Shown here: piece by piece, positions 28,260-41,966 of the stretch
Layout: each line of letters opens with the position of its first letter
How positions within the stretch are numbered: position 1 is the first letter of the stretch
Assembly: GCA_964016885.1 (NCBI GenBank)
Contig: OZ024742.1
Location: 24,304,001 to 24,368,000 of the forward strand
Direction: 5' to 3'
Length of the DNA stretch: 64,000 nt
From: Eledone cirrhosa
Taxonomy: Eukaryota
Notes under the pieces: model-generated
Seen by the model: only the letters and a program-made list of their open reading frames with translations
What the model was told of the DNA's origin: nothing
The model's database searches: none
Translations under genes and position numbers: made by a program

Positions 28260-28302
28260 ACGGTGCTGATGATAGCTAAGAATCGTGAAACTAGTACGTC
28301 GT
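28260..28302 (+). ncRNA. minimal type I hammerhead motif (stem II degraded)
   Basis: acggtg CTGATGA tagctaagaatcgt GAAA ctag TA^cgtcgt. Confidence 0.65.
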
Positions 28303-28466
28303 TCCTGTGTCAGTGTTGAACAAAACGGTGACGTGGTTGCCTTAACACCGTACGGCATAAATTCAGGCTGTCAGTTTATTTACAAACGGACAAAGCGGGC
28401 GTTATAATAAACGTCCGCTAAACTGATACGTATATATATGTATATGTACCTGTATGTATATATATG

Positions 28467-28550
<84 letters not shown>

Positions 28551-28786
28551 TGCTACTGTACGTCTGTATACATATATGTATGTACGTATACATACATACT
28601 TACATTTAAGTAAGTGCCGAACTAAGAGTGAGAAATGAAATTTCGTTTTCATTTTATTACAACTTATCGTTTTCGGTGCGCCTGGCCGACTGAACTCACT
28701 CGATATGCAAATTAGGCTGCTCAGCCGTTGATTTTCATAAGGAAAGTATATACTTTCGAACGTTCAACCATCTGGCAGAAGGGTAT

Positions 28787-28829
28787 ACGGTGCTGATGAT
28801 AGCTAAGAAGCCTGAAACTAGTACATCGT
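28787..28829 (+). ncRNA. minimal type I hammerhead motif
   Basis: acggtg CTGATGA t agct-aaga-agc(c)t GAAA ctag TA^catcgt. 6-bp stem I, palindromic stem III. Confidence 0.8.
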
Positions 28830-29017
28830 TCCTGTGTCAGTGTTGAACAAAAAGGTAACGTGGTTGCCTTAACACCGTACGGCATAAATTCAGGCTGTCA
28901 GATTGTTTACAAACGGACAAAGCGGGCGTTATAATAAACGTCCGCTAAACTGATACGTACATATATGTATGTGTACCTGTATGTATATATATGTATATAT
29001 GTATATATATATATATA

Positions 29018-29097
<80 letters not shown>

Positions 29098-29209
29098 TGC
29101 TACTGTACGTCTGTATACATATATGTATGTACGTATACATACATACTTACTTTTAAGTAAGTGCCGTACTAAGAGTGAGAAATGAAATTTCGTTTGCATT
29201 TTATTACAA

Positions 29210-29256
<47 letters not shown>

Positions 29257-29444
29257 GTATGTATATATATATATGTGTATATATATATATACGTATGTAT
29301 ATACATATGTATATATATACGTATGTATATACATATGTATATATATATACGTATGTATATACATGTATATATATACGTATGTATATATATATACATATGT
29401 ATATATATATATATATATACGTATGTGTGTGTGTATATATATAT

Positions 29445-32400
29445 AATATAAGATCAAAAGATGGTTAAAAGAGTTCCAAGTATTTTTTATGCCCATTTCA
29501 AATACAAATATCATCATGGGATGATATCTGCGTTCACATCAGATAAAATAGGGAGACACGATATGAAGCTTAAAAAACACTTGTGAGCAGCGAAGTTTTA
29601 AATCAACATATGAACAAATAAAGTAAGATGGATATATGAGATTGGGAAAAAATGAGGGGGGGGTAGGAAAAGGTAAGGAAGAGGAAGAAAGAAAATAAAG
29701 GATGGTGGCCGAGGAGTATAAGAAGGAAGGATGAGAGAGGAGGAGAAATGAGTGATAGAGAGAGAGAGAGAAAAATAGGCTTTACAATTGAGAAAACATT
29801 GGCTCACAGAGAGAAATTAAAAAAACCGTTGGAAGATAATAGATAATTTTAAAAGATTTTGAAATTAAGAGTTAATGAGGTTTATGGCTGTTGATGTTTA
29901 TGATTGAAGAAAAAGGAATAGTATTAATTTAGGTTTATGTATTGAAGGGTTTAATAATACGTGCGAAAAAAACAAGAATTTATTAATATGTATTTTTAAA
30001 ATAAAAATATTAATGATATTAAGGAGATAATGTGAAAGAAGGAGAAGAATAAAATGAGTTATGAACTTAGAGGAATTACTTAGGGTTTAAGTTTGTTTTT
30101 ATGTATTGTAATATGTAAAAGTAAATAATAGGTTTAAAACAAGCACGGAAGGAGAGAAGAAAAAAGAGAATTTAAGGAAGAAAAAATATCTAACGTAAAA
30201 AAGTGTATGTTTACAAAAATGTTCTAATGGTAATATTATTAAATATTAAAAAATATATAGTTTCTATGGCCAATAATATGAGGAAAATGTAAAATGTAAA
30301 ATGTTGTAGTGAGTAATAATATGAATTTAAAAGTAATTGGGAAGTAAAGGTTACAGATTAAAGATTAGAAATTAAAAAAGAAAAAAAGAAAGAAAGGAAA
30401 AAGGATAAAAAAAGAGAGATAGGGTATCACAACGATATAGAGTGAGTATTGTATAATATAATATACTGAAATAATGTAGAAAGATGGGTATATTTGTAAA
30501 AGATATAAAAGCCTTTGAGAAAAGAAGATTTTAAACTACTTAGGTATTGAGATATTAGCTGTATACTGTATGGAATGTTCTATGGGATTTATGCAAGCAG
30601 AGCGAAAATAAATCCGTACGTCTATTTATTATAGAATTAAAATTAGATATAATGGTAAATTTCTCGGCTAGGCCAATTTCTGCCTGGATAGGGAGGAATT
30701 CAGGTAAGGAAAGGCGTAGCAAACCTTACTCCAAGAGATGTTATAGTTAATATTTTTGTCTTTTAAGGACAATATGAGTTCCGAGAGTGCCGTGTTAGTT
30801 CTTTTAAGTTGGTATTTAAAAGACGATTTGTGATTATAAAATCTTGCTTTAAAGGAAGTGGAAGTGGAACCGAAATAGGTAAAAGATTTAGTACCAGTTA
30901 TAACCTTACATTCATACACTAAGTTTTTATCAAGACATTGGTTATTAAGAGGACATTTAGTTCTAACAGGGCAATTACAATTACGATTAGAGAAATTAAC
31001 AGAGTTATTAACAAGTGACCTAGTATTATTTATAGAAGGCATTGGATTGGAGAAGTTATTTACGATAGGAACTATAGTTTCCTGATTTAGATTGGTATTA
31101 TGAACATTCAACGAAGTTACGTTTGACGTCGTATTTAAATTTACCTAGAGTTAATATTGACGTCGGGTATTATGACGCTCAGTGCTGGATAGATGTAATT
31201 TATTACTTAATATTTTATTATTGTGTTTAGAGATAATGTTAGAGATGTTGGAAGTGGTGGAATAAGAAAATTTGATTGTATGTTTGTAAAATATTTTACT
31301 ATAGATATGCGAGGGAGGGAAGCATTTATCTAAGGCCCTAAAGAATAGTTTAGGAATATTATTAGTGATAGATAGAGAAAAAGGAGCATTATGCCAAATC
31401 ATATTTTTGTATCTAGGTCTTTTATTTAAGTTATTGGAGTGTTCATAATTAACTATTTTACTATAAGTCCTTCGATGATTGGTTGCTTTACTGTATTTAA
31501 TTTTATTAGGATAGCCGGCTTTGGAAAGCGCATTATTATAGTAATTGCCATTAGCGTCGAAGATAACTTTATTAGAGGATAGATTAGATATTCTTTTTTC
31601 AATATTACTGACTATAGCATTTTTAACGTTAGTGGGTAGTTAGATTTAAAATTAACATAATTTAGATTCTCATTGTTTTTATGGTAAGGGTAATATAGGC
31701 CAGTGTCAAGATTAAGGGATATATCTAAGAAGTTAGCTAGTTTGACTTTGTTATCAAATTCAATTTTAAGGTTATGGTGCTTAAATAGATCAAGTATATT
31801 GTTCTTAATAATATTAAGGTTAACTAAGTTACAGTTCAAGATAGTAAAAAGGCATCGTCAGGATAAATTCCACCGCGAAGTTGAGGAATTTTCCGATTTA
31901 AAGAATTCAGAATAAAGATACCAATCAAATCAGTCAATTGCGATGAATCGGAAGCACCCATTGTGATATCAAAATTGTTGGAAGTATCAGCTCTAGTCCA
32001 ATATTCATTGTTGAATTCCAAGATAGTTTTTCTTGCGGTGAGAATGATGTAAAATTCATCTGTGGTAATGTCAGAATATTTAAATGCGAAAGATAGAGCG
32101 TTATTGAGGAGTGAAGGCGAAATGGAAGAATAGTAACTGGCAATGTCAAACTGAATAAATGTTTGTTTGTTTTTATTATTCAGGTAATTGAACCAGCCAA
32201 TTACTTCAGATGTACCAATCCAAACATTTAAGTTAGAAATAGAGCAATTAGAACGAACCTGTGGGATAATTCTATCCAAGATGGATTTACTAACAATCCC
32301 CAGATCAAATTTAGAAGGGGCGATTAGTCTAACAGGCAGTTCCGTTCGAAAGTTACTTTTATGATCCTTGAGATTTATCCTCGGAGTTCTTGAGAAGAAT

Positions 32401-32452
32401 GGTTCGGTCTTTTTCTCGATGCCAAGTTTAGACATAATCTCAGAAGCTTCCA

Positions 32453-32457
<5 letters not shown>
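29445..32457 (-). mobile_element. 5'-truncated degraded PLE (probably Hydra-clade type)
   Basis: RT FIQFDIASYY..DITMGASDS..GGIYPDD. EN CNCPVRTKCPLNNQCL..VYECKV..TYFGST..FKARFYNH. Decayed HHR at the 3' end. Confidence 0.85.
29481..29550 (-). ncRNA. decayed hammerhead motif at PLE 3' end
   Basis: tattttat CTGATGT, long stem II (gcagatatcatc/gatgatatttgt), GAAA tgggca TA aaaaata. Confidence 0.5.
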
Positions 32458-32509
<52 letters not shown>

Positions 32510-32512
<3 letters not shown>

Positions 32513-35500
32513 AAAATAAACCAAAGAAGCCTTCAATACATCAAAAGTCTTTATTAGCCAACAATGTTTCGTCCTATTAAGGACTCATCAGGGCAAGTAA
32601 AGCTACAAGATGCACTATCGGCCAATACAAGCCAAAAACTCAGAAGAATATGGAGTATACATCTATTAAAGCTTAGGAAAGATATCAAGGAAAAGTTGGC
32701 TAAGATTAAGAGTGAGCAGTTACAAACATAGATATAGACCAAATAGCAAGGAAGTGATTAACATGTTGAACCCACATTGCAAATATTGTATAATGCAAAA
32801 ACTTGAAACACAAATGGTAATATAATGCGAGAATTACAGTACGATATAGAATATAATATAATATAATAGATGGTGATAATAACAAGCTTAATATATGAAT
32901 ATATATATATATATACATATACACATTAGTACAAACACAAACTAACACTTATTAAGTATTTAAATATATATATATATATATTGTTTACAGTATAATATAA
33001 TAAAGATAAAAATAAAAATAAAATATAATATATAATTCCCTGTCAGTGTGCATAAACAATATAAAAACATTATAATAACATTATAATAACAATATTATAA
33101 TATATTATAATATATTGGCATCAAAAGATATACAAAATTACATCATACATATAATTCAAGGTTAACAAATAGTATAAAGTTTTACACAGGGTAAGAAAAA
33201 AATCATATAGAACTAAATTGTGTTGAAAAAATTCTGTTGAAAAAATATCTATACCATTGTAACAAATACACGGCGGTCAAGTCATTTTACATTGGCATAA
33301 ATATTACCAAAATATCACAAAATATTACAAAATATAACAGAGCAGTACCTCAAATAACAGACATATATTAAAATCTATAATACGATTACATAAAAATGAT
33401 ATGATGTAACAACGTTAATATCAAATAGCAAACAGAGTCTAAGGAAATGCTTAATATATATATTTACATGGTTGACATACACAGACATATATTAATGAAA
33501 TTACATGAATCAGACAGACAGCGTGTGGTAGTCAAAAATAAAAAAATAAACCGATGATCGAAAAACAAAAACAAGTATATTTACTTAGGTCTCACAAGTG
33601 GTTAAGTAAAAGAAAAAAGATAGAAATGTAAACCGGAGAATTGACTAGAAAACCTTTTTAAATTAATTAATATTAAAAGTATTTAAAATACATATTTAAT
33701 CACTTCAAAATTGGCTAGAGTTTAAGTCATCAAAATCGTATAAGTTTAAGATATCTCAATAAAATTATCAAGAATAGAGTAAAATATGTTCCTTTCAGTC
33801 GAATAACGTTATCAAATAAAAGGACTCTAAATAGAACTATGGTAGACCAATGGGAACAGAAAGAAGAGAGGTTATGGAGGATAGGAAGGAGCATAAAAGT
33901 AAAATCAATATATTATATAATATCATAAAAAGGAGCATAAAGGTGAAATTTATATATAGTATAATAGAAGGGGCGGATATTAAGTGTGTAGAGGAGAAGG
34001 TTCATTAGTTGAATGAGACTCCAAACAAAGTATTTAATAAGATATAAACTCATAAGGTGTTAGTAGTGAAACTATAATAATGCTTAAGAAGATAGATAGG
34101 GTATGGTAGCCAAAAGACTATGGAAACTAAAATCGAAAAGCTGTAAAAAACTAATAATAATAATGATGATGGTAATCAAAATGAACCTAAACAAAAAAGA
34201 TAAGGAAATATAGCAGCTAATGGATACGATTTAAACTACCAGAACTTTTAGGTCTATAATAGAAAAAAAGAATTAGAAATGGCATGGGGCAGGAAGAAAA
34301 TATCTCAGACGTTCTATTAAGCAAAACTTCCCTAGAGAAAATTATAGAGTGGGTCTCTAGGATACAGAGATTACAGAATTTAGTGTGTGTTGATAGGTTA
34401 TTAGAGCTTGCTACTATACGCCAATTAAGGCTATATGGCATACCAGCCCCTTTAAGATCCCAGATATGGTGTGCTAAAGAAGTAGAGTTCTTAAACTTAA
34501 CATGCTTAAAATTAGAGATATGAGAATTAAACCTAGTTTTAAAAGTATTAGATGTGGAGCCTATATATGTGCTATTAGAAGAATTAGTCTTAACTTCACA
34601 AGCATAAACAATGTTCCTAGAGAGGCAGTGACCATTTAAAGGGCAGTTAATACTCTACAGTTACACTTCCGGGTGCTATTGACCGGCTGAATGAGTGATG
34701 CATCACTCCTAGGGTTATTATAAGATAAGGTCTGCTCAGGTGGTAAGGCATTAATGGATCTATCAAGACTAGTAGTACGCAAAGAGGAGTAGCTGTCCCT
34801 AATTTTCCTATTGTTAGTGCTAGCTAAATGAGAACTAATATTAGGGGTGGTAGAGAATGATAGTTTAATTACATTTTTATTAAAAATACCATGGTATTTA
34901 TTAGTAGGAGGGAAATTTTTCTCTAAGATAGAAAGGAAAGAGCTAGGGATGTTAGTTAATACTTCATGAACATAAAGCCGGTTAAAATAAGTATTGAGTC
35001 TCCTCCTATTTCTATCCTTACCAACTCTACCGTTATCCAGTATCCCACTAATAGGATCAGGATTACTACGAGGACTAGTTGAAACAACATTATTAGAAGC
35101 AGCCAAAACCCTATTGAGTCTCCTTCTGTTTCTACCTTTAGTATATCTACTGTAATCTGGAATCATATCAATAGGATTAGGGTTACTACCAGGATCAGTT
35201 GAAACAACACTATTAGAATTAGTAAAAACATTACCACTGGTTGAGCGATCAGAGTGCCTAACTTGTTCCCTAGAACTAATCCCGAAAAGTGTACCATTAG
35301 ACTTACTATTACGATTACGGTAGCTTAACCTATGGATGGGTTCGGATACACCTATGGGATTTCTACGATTCTTATGCTTTCTACTCCCATTCATGGCCAT
35401 ATTATGGGATATCATGTTATTATTATTATGGGTAAACGGAGACTTTCTAAGGTTGTTCTCATTATAACGTATTTTACCAGAGTAACCAGAGTTAGCTAGG

Positions 35501-37439
35501 GCATTATTATAGTACTCTGCATGTGAATTAAATATTCCTATATCCTTAGAGAGTGTGGAAATTCTATTAGATACACCGTTAATTATAGAGCTAATCATAG
35601 ATTTAGGGTGGTTAGAATTGGGATTAACATAAGAGAGTATCTCATTTGGCTTATGGAAGGGTTTATAACTATTAGTGACCAAGTCCAAAGTCACATCTAA
35701 AAAGTTGACCGCTCTATCATTTCTATCAATCGTGATCGAAAGGTTAAAATTTTAAACAAATTTATAAAGTTTCTTCCTATTATGCTCAATGTTATTGGTG
35801 CAAGAGTTTATCACAAACAATGCATCGTCACAATAAAGTCCGCCTTTAAGGTGCGGAAAGGTAACATACTGTTCATTTAGGAGGAACAGCCCAACAAGAT
35901 CAGTTACCTGGGCCGAATCACTCGAACCCATTGTAACGTCGAAGTTGTTGGGTGTGTTTTTACGCGTCCAAAGTGTATCCTCAAATTTGATGATAGTCCT
36001 ACGGGCTGCTAGTATAACATCAATCTGCGGTCGTGTAAGGCTAGAGACTCGCATGGCCATAATTAAGGTTTTATTAAGGAGGATAGGTGAAATCGACGTG
36101 TAATAGGCATCAATATCAAACTGGATAAACCTACTAGACTCAAGTTTATTAATACCAGAGAACCAATCTATAACATCCTTAGTGTTCCCCCATAGATTAA
36201 AATGAACCTTTTCCCTAACGACTGGTATAATCAGGTCAAGGATTTTCTTACTAATTATAGCTATATCAGACTTAGAAGGACTAATGAGTCTAACAGAAGG
36301 ATTACTAATGAAGTCTACCTTATGATCCTTAAGAATGAATCTCGGTTCCCTAGGGTAATATGGCTGGGTATACTTATCAAGGCCCAGGTCCGAAACTATC
36401 TTGAGACTCTCATTATTGATATGATCCAAATTATCTTGCGTTGTCTTTTTGTAATTTTTATGCAGCTCCTTATAAATAAAATTACGGTAAGCATTGTAAT
36501 CCATAGAGTAAAGATTCTTAGTCTTGTCAGCCGGGACAAGAATAGACTTATTCCCTTTAAAATCCTTAACGATATTCTTAAGTTTAGTCTGGAACCTGTC
36601 GAACTTATTATAGTTCCCATATCTATTATACGGCCTATACTTTATATTTTTGGCAAGAGAAAGTAAATCATTCTCAAAATTATCTAATAGAACATTATGC
36701 TGTGGGCTCTTATAAGTGTTGAAGCCAGAGTTTAAGTCATCAAAATCGTATAAGTTTAAGATATCTCAATAAAATTATCAAGAATATAGTAAAATATGCT
36801 CCGTTCAGTCGAATAACGTTATCAAATAAAAGGACTCTAAATAGAACTATGGTAGGGGTCTGTATGTTATAATGTGTGAGCAGAGATTGGAACGTTACAT
36901 TTTTGTTTAGATTTATAGGATGAAGTTAAAAAATTAATCTTTAATATTAACATTATAAAATTAAAGAAATTAAAAAATTGAAAGTTAAACAGTTTAACAT
37001 TTTTAATGTTGCTGGGTTTAAGCAAAGAAAGCGTCTTTTACGAAGAAACTTAAATTTTATTATAGAGTAAATATTATGTCTTTGTTTAGCCGTCAAACAA
37101 CATGCGGCGACCACAGGCTTGCGCAGCCCATCCACTCCGAGTGATATCGCGTAGCGAAAGATATGGAAATCAATTTTTCCGAGCACTCTAGGAATTTATA
37201 ACAGGCTTCAGGTGCGCCAGCGGGAGGTCAGCCCGCATCGTTAGGCCATCCTTGTACAAAACCAGTACTATTCATTTACGTGGGAGGCGAGGGGGGGGGG
37301 GGGGGTTGCTTAAGTAGAGGGAGGCGTGATACATCTAATAGTTATGATTAGATCTGTAATTTAAAGGTACTATATGGCGGTCAAAAAACCGGCTGCGCGC
37401 CGGGCCCCTGAGACGAATCGAACCACTCCGAGTAGTTTC

Positions 37440-37440
<1 letters not shown>
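32510..37440 (-). mobile_element. near full-length frameshifted PLE (probably Hydra-clade type)
   Basis: N-terminal NIQTP..FENDLLSLAKNIKY, RT FIQFDIDAYY..DVTMGSSDS..GGLYCDD, thumb YVNPNSNHP, CNC linker, GIY-YIG at ~34300-34640, HHR at the 3' end. Confidence 0.85.
32555..32598 (-). ncRNA. minimal type I hammerhead ribozyme motif
   Basis: gcc CTGATGA gtcc-ttaata-ggac GAAA c-att-g TT^ggc. Confidence 0.8.
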
Positions 37441-37481
<41 letters not shown>

Positions 37482-37482
<1 letters not shown>

Positions 37483-40400
37483 TTCGTTTCTGAATTTGTT
37501 TAGCAAGATTCTTTATCAGAAAAGGTGTGTTGAAACCGATATTGTTATACTTTGGGAGGGTCATGTTGCCAATAAGAAATACACTCACCAGTTGCTTTCA
37601 CTTCAATTTATTATAATAAATTTATAAATTTAGGAATTTATAAATTTCTGGTTGGTTGGTTGGTTCCACAACCAGATAGTTGTTTATATATTGTCAAAGT
37701 TATTTCGTCACATATTCTGTGACCTCTTTAGTGACTGGGGATTCTTTTCTTTGTTTTTGTGCCTCTCCTTTGTTCTGTCCTACGTCATTTTGTTTCTGTG
37801 TGTGTGTTGTGTGTTGTGTGCTCAGTCTGCGCATGCGCCACATCCGGGTGTCTGTGTGTGTTTATATTCATTTATTTATTTGTTTATTTACATGTTACCG
37901 GTTGGTTATTTGTTCTATGTACGTGTGTGTTTTCATTTTGTCCTTAATTGTAAGTTGTGATGTTGCTGTTCCACTCATATTTTCTATTTAATTTTGGCTG
38001 TAATTCATTTATGTTTATTGCCTCTGTGATTTGTCTAAACATTGCGTCTTTTCTGTGTGTAGATTCTATTTTTATTTCTATGTTCTCTAATTTACCCTTA
38101 TATTCTATTTTAGCATGTTGTTAGAGTACAGATGATTCTTTACTATCTTGAAGGTCTCGCCAGTGTTCATTTATCCGTTCCCCTATACTACCAGCTGTCT
38201 CACCTATGTACACTATATTTTTATCTCTACATTGTCCTTCAGTACATCTTATGCTATATACTACATTTCTAGTTTTACAGTTAATATGGGGGCTTAATTT
38301 ACAGATTATACATTTCTTATCTATACAGAGAGGTCTTTAAAAAAGGTATGTATTGCTAATAAGTGTTTTTATGGAGGTACCTGGTCTTTCTACTATCTTA
38401 ATATTGAGTTCATGTTTATCTAGGGCCCTTCCAAATTTGTAAGCTAATTCACCTCTAGGGGTTGTATCGATGAACATTACACTCTGGTATTTATTGCTAT
38501 CATATCATGAGTTTATTCTATTAACCTTATTCCTAGTTCTTTCTATTCTATTCCTAAATTTGCTCCTATACAAGGGGCAGGTCCCATTTGTGTCATTATT
38601 TACCATTTTTTCCCATTTGGTTCTGGCTCCTCTATACACTCTGATATTATCTCTCTGATTGTAACCAGAGAACTGCATACGGTGGATGAAGTGTTGTATG
38701 TGTCTCTCTAGTTCTTCGGGGTTGCACATGCGGGACACGTTTCTCATTACCCGTACCAAATCTGCAATCAGTATGTTGATTTTGGTATGGTCCAAAACAG
38801 CTTAGTTTCGGTGGATCAGATATTTGGAAGTCATGGGTTTGGCATAATGGGAATGGAGGATTTGTTATTTGTTATTAATGGTATCTAACCAGAGCTGTGT
38901 GTCCAGTACAGGTAATCGATGGTTCGGGTGTTTGCTTGGATAGTCTATAGTAACTCTAAAACTCTGGTGGATGGGGTTAGCTATTCGCTGGATGCTTTCC
39001 ATTGTGCTTTTCTCTAATTCCTGACAGTTCTCTAGTGTGGGTGTTTTAATTACGATGCTTATATCATCAACGTAGCGGGAGTACATTATCAGGGTTAAGG
39101 GGTCTTCTAATTGTTCTTTAAGTTTAAGTTTAGGTCTATTGTCCCACCATACCATGAATAGGTTAGCTATGTCACCTGCAATGCTAACACCAATGGCTGC
39201 TCCCTCCTCTTGGGCATATATTTTTCCATTAAATTTGAACATATGTTCCTTAAGGGTTAATTTTATGCTGGCTCCCACCGCATGTGCAATCATTTTCTTT
39301 AGTTCATCGTGGTTTCGGGAGTCTGTATGGCTCTGGTTCACCCGTTCCATCTATCTGTGTGGGTTTTCTTGGCCATTGAGGTAATGGTAGCTGGTCTGCC
39401 TCTTGCTGGTCTTGTAGGGCACAGGTTGCTAAGTTCATATGTGTCTAGATATATTATTACTATAGATAAGTTTAAGTAGGAGTCCCAGCTCACTGGTATC
39501 AATCCCACGGAATTCAACATTGCTCTCACTGATAATTTCTACGCATTTTTCCACAGCAAAATCCACGTCGATAGATGGATAGAGGGACACAACATCCATA
39601 CTACCTATTATGCAGTTTGTTAGGTCGCTAGATCGGTTACTCTCGCCGATTCTGCTGAGGAGGTCCTCCGTGCTGTCACATACATCTGGGGACAATTCAA
39701 TGATGCGGCGTATGATCAGGGAGAGGAAGTAGGACAGTCTGTAGTTACTAGCAATGCTAGCTCTACAGACTGGCCGTGTTGGTGGTCCTGTGACAGGGTC
39801 ACTGCTCGTTTTATGGTCTTTTCGAAGTCCATACAATGCTAGCACGTCATTGTTCCAGGCCTGGAAGTTGTTGGCAGTCCTTTTGTTGGGCTGCATTATA
39901 TTTGTCCACATCATCATATGGGCATTGAGGGCTTTTTCTCTATCCTCATGCTCTTGTGATTTTACTTCTCTTGTGTTAGCGATGTGGGGTTGCATTGCTT
40001 GGATGTAGTTTGGCAGACTGTCAACCGACATTCTGCCAGACTTGTGTGTTGGAAAGCATGCTATCTCTCCATTACGCGAGCGCTGCATGAGCTTACGTAA
40101 GCCATTTGCAGATTTTTCTCCCAGTTGCTGGGCCTCCATTCTATTATCTTTCTTGCTATACTGTTCTATAATATTTCTAAGTTTAGATCTAGCTATACTA
40201 AATTGTGTTTCTGTTTGTTCATCGACCTGCGACGGCAATTGCGTGTATTTGTTAAAAGCTAAAGTGGTGGCGTGGACTCGTCGCAGGTCGAACGACTTAT
40301 CGGAGGGATTATAAAAAGTAGAGTTCCAGGCTGCTGCTTTATGTGTACTAGTGCTATTGTTATTGTTAGTTGTGTTGTTTCTGTTTCTTTTTCCACCAAC

Positions 40401-41492
40401 AGCCTCATGGTTGTTTCTATGTCTCTCATTATTACTCCTGTCTCTTTCCTCTGGCTCATTTTTATTATCTACTCTATGTTGTGTGTCTGTGTGTTCGTCT
40501 TGGTTATTTTCTCTGTCCATAGTCTCCCTTCTCCTTTCAATCCTATTACCCTCCCTTATTTCTGTGCTACTGTCATTACCTGTTTTCTGTGTCTGTGTGT
40601 TTATTAAGATTGTGGTGGGGGTGAGAGGCATTGAATGTGTGTGTGTTTTTGTTGTTGTTGATGTGTGTTGTTGTTGTTGTCTCCGTGTATGTTATTATTG
40701 TTGTGCGTGTTGTTATTGTTGTTTGTGTCGGCGTGTCTGTTGTTGTTTCTGAGTATGTTATTATTGTTGATGTGTGTGTTGTTGTTATTGTTGTTTGTGT
40801 CTGTGTGTCTGTTGTTGTTGGGATGTGTGTTGTACATGTGTGTGTGTGTGTGCGTATGTTGTTACTTTTGTTTTTGAGGCTCCAACGTAATTTTGTAATT
40901 GATTTTTCTATTTCTGACAAGCATTTAATCATATTTACCTTATTCAATGTGGCATACTTAGGCAGCAGTTGTAATACAGATAATTCATCAGAGTCGACCG
41001 TAGTGTTGCTGTATATATTTGTGTTGTTGTTGTTGAATTCATCTGTTAATGAGATGTCGGCCATATTTATACCGTCAATTTTGTCGGGATATATATTGAT
41101 ATCCTCTAAAGTATCTTAATTTAGTTTTATCTGTTTGAGCCACTTTAGTTTCTTGTTAAAGTGCTTGTCACATTCTTGAACAATGTACTGTTCTGCAGGA
41201 CATATAAGGTTTATAAATATTAGTTTTTCTCTTGGTGTGGTGAGCTTAGTTTTTTCGTGTATTAGGTTACGCTTATGTTTTTGCTTGATGATTTAATTCT
41301 CTATAAATCTTCTTTTTTATGTTTAGAATTAGTGTTCGTTTTAGCTTATCTGCTTGCTTTTTGGTGAGCTGTAATTTTCTTACATCGGTGTTGATGGTGT
41401 TGGTGTAAACTCGGGACGAGGCACATTCTTTTATGAAGCGTAGTTGTCGAGATGTTATTGTTTTTCGTAGACAACAGAACATGGTGGTTTTC
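37482..41492 (-). mobile_element. near full-length frameshifted PLE (family PLE-c) with 3' pLTR
   Basis: [48 protein letters not shown] at ~38150-38300. (AAC)n expansion at 40640-40870. HHR at 37693-37735 with core CTAAAGA. Confidence 0.92.
37781..37850 (-). promoter_or_regulatory. putative pLTR promoter (ETS-like, NRF1-like and YY1-like motifs)
   Basis: Minus strand: ccggatgt, gcgcatgcgca, then aaaatgacg (aagatggtg in the 56.2-kb copy). Motif matches only. Confidence 0.4.
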
Positions 41493-41527
41493 AGTACATA
41501 TGTATATATATATATACGTATATATAC

Positions 41528-41597
<70 letters not shown>

Positions 41598-41885
41598 TAA
41601 ATTATGTCCTTAGAATCATTTGATAAGATATATACTCAATTTCCTCTCCCAATTAGCATAATCAACCACACAAAAAAATTAAACCAGGCTATAAGATTAA
41701 AAGGCACACGTGAAGAAATAATAGATAAATAAACGATATCCATTTATTCGCGATCAGCAGCCATAGAATATTTACCCATCATTTGAATAGCACGTGGAAA
41801 TCGATTAAATATATCGTCAACCATATACAATTAGGTATAAATTTAAATTTAGAAGAAAAAATTCATATACACATACCAGGATTAC

Positions 41886-41966
41886 GTTTCTACCCTTAGG
41901 GTTTCGTTCGCTTTCGGAAATATCCTATCAAGGATAAATTCTCGAGCTTCGAACTCATCAGGAAGC
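41886..41966 (-). ncRNA. type I hammerhead ribozyme, canonical core
   Basis: gcttc CTGATGA gttcg..tatcct-tgat-aggata..cgaac GAAA ccc-taa-ggg TA^gaaac. Confidence 0.9.

Larger units (their letters stand above)
28166..29214 (+). repeat. ~2x tandem repeat, 527-bp period with internal (TA)n, one hammerhead per unit (retrozyme candidate 2)
   Basis: Units start at 28166 and 28693. Confidence 0.9.
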
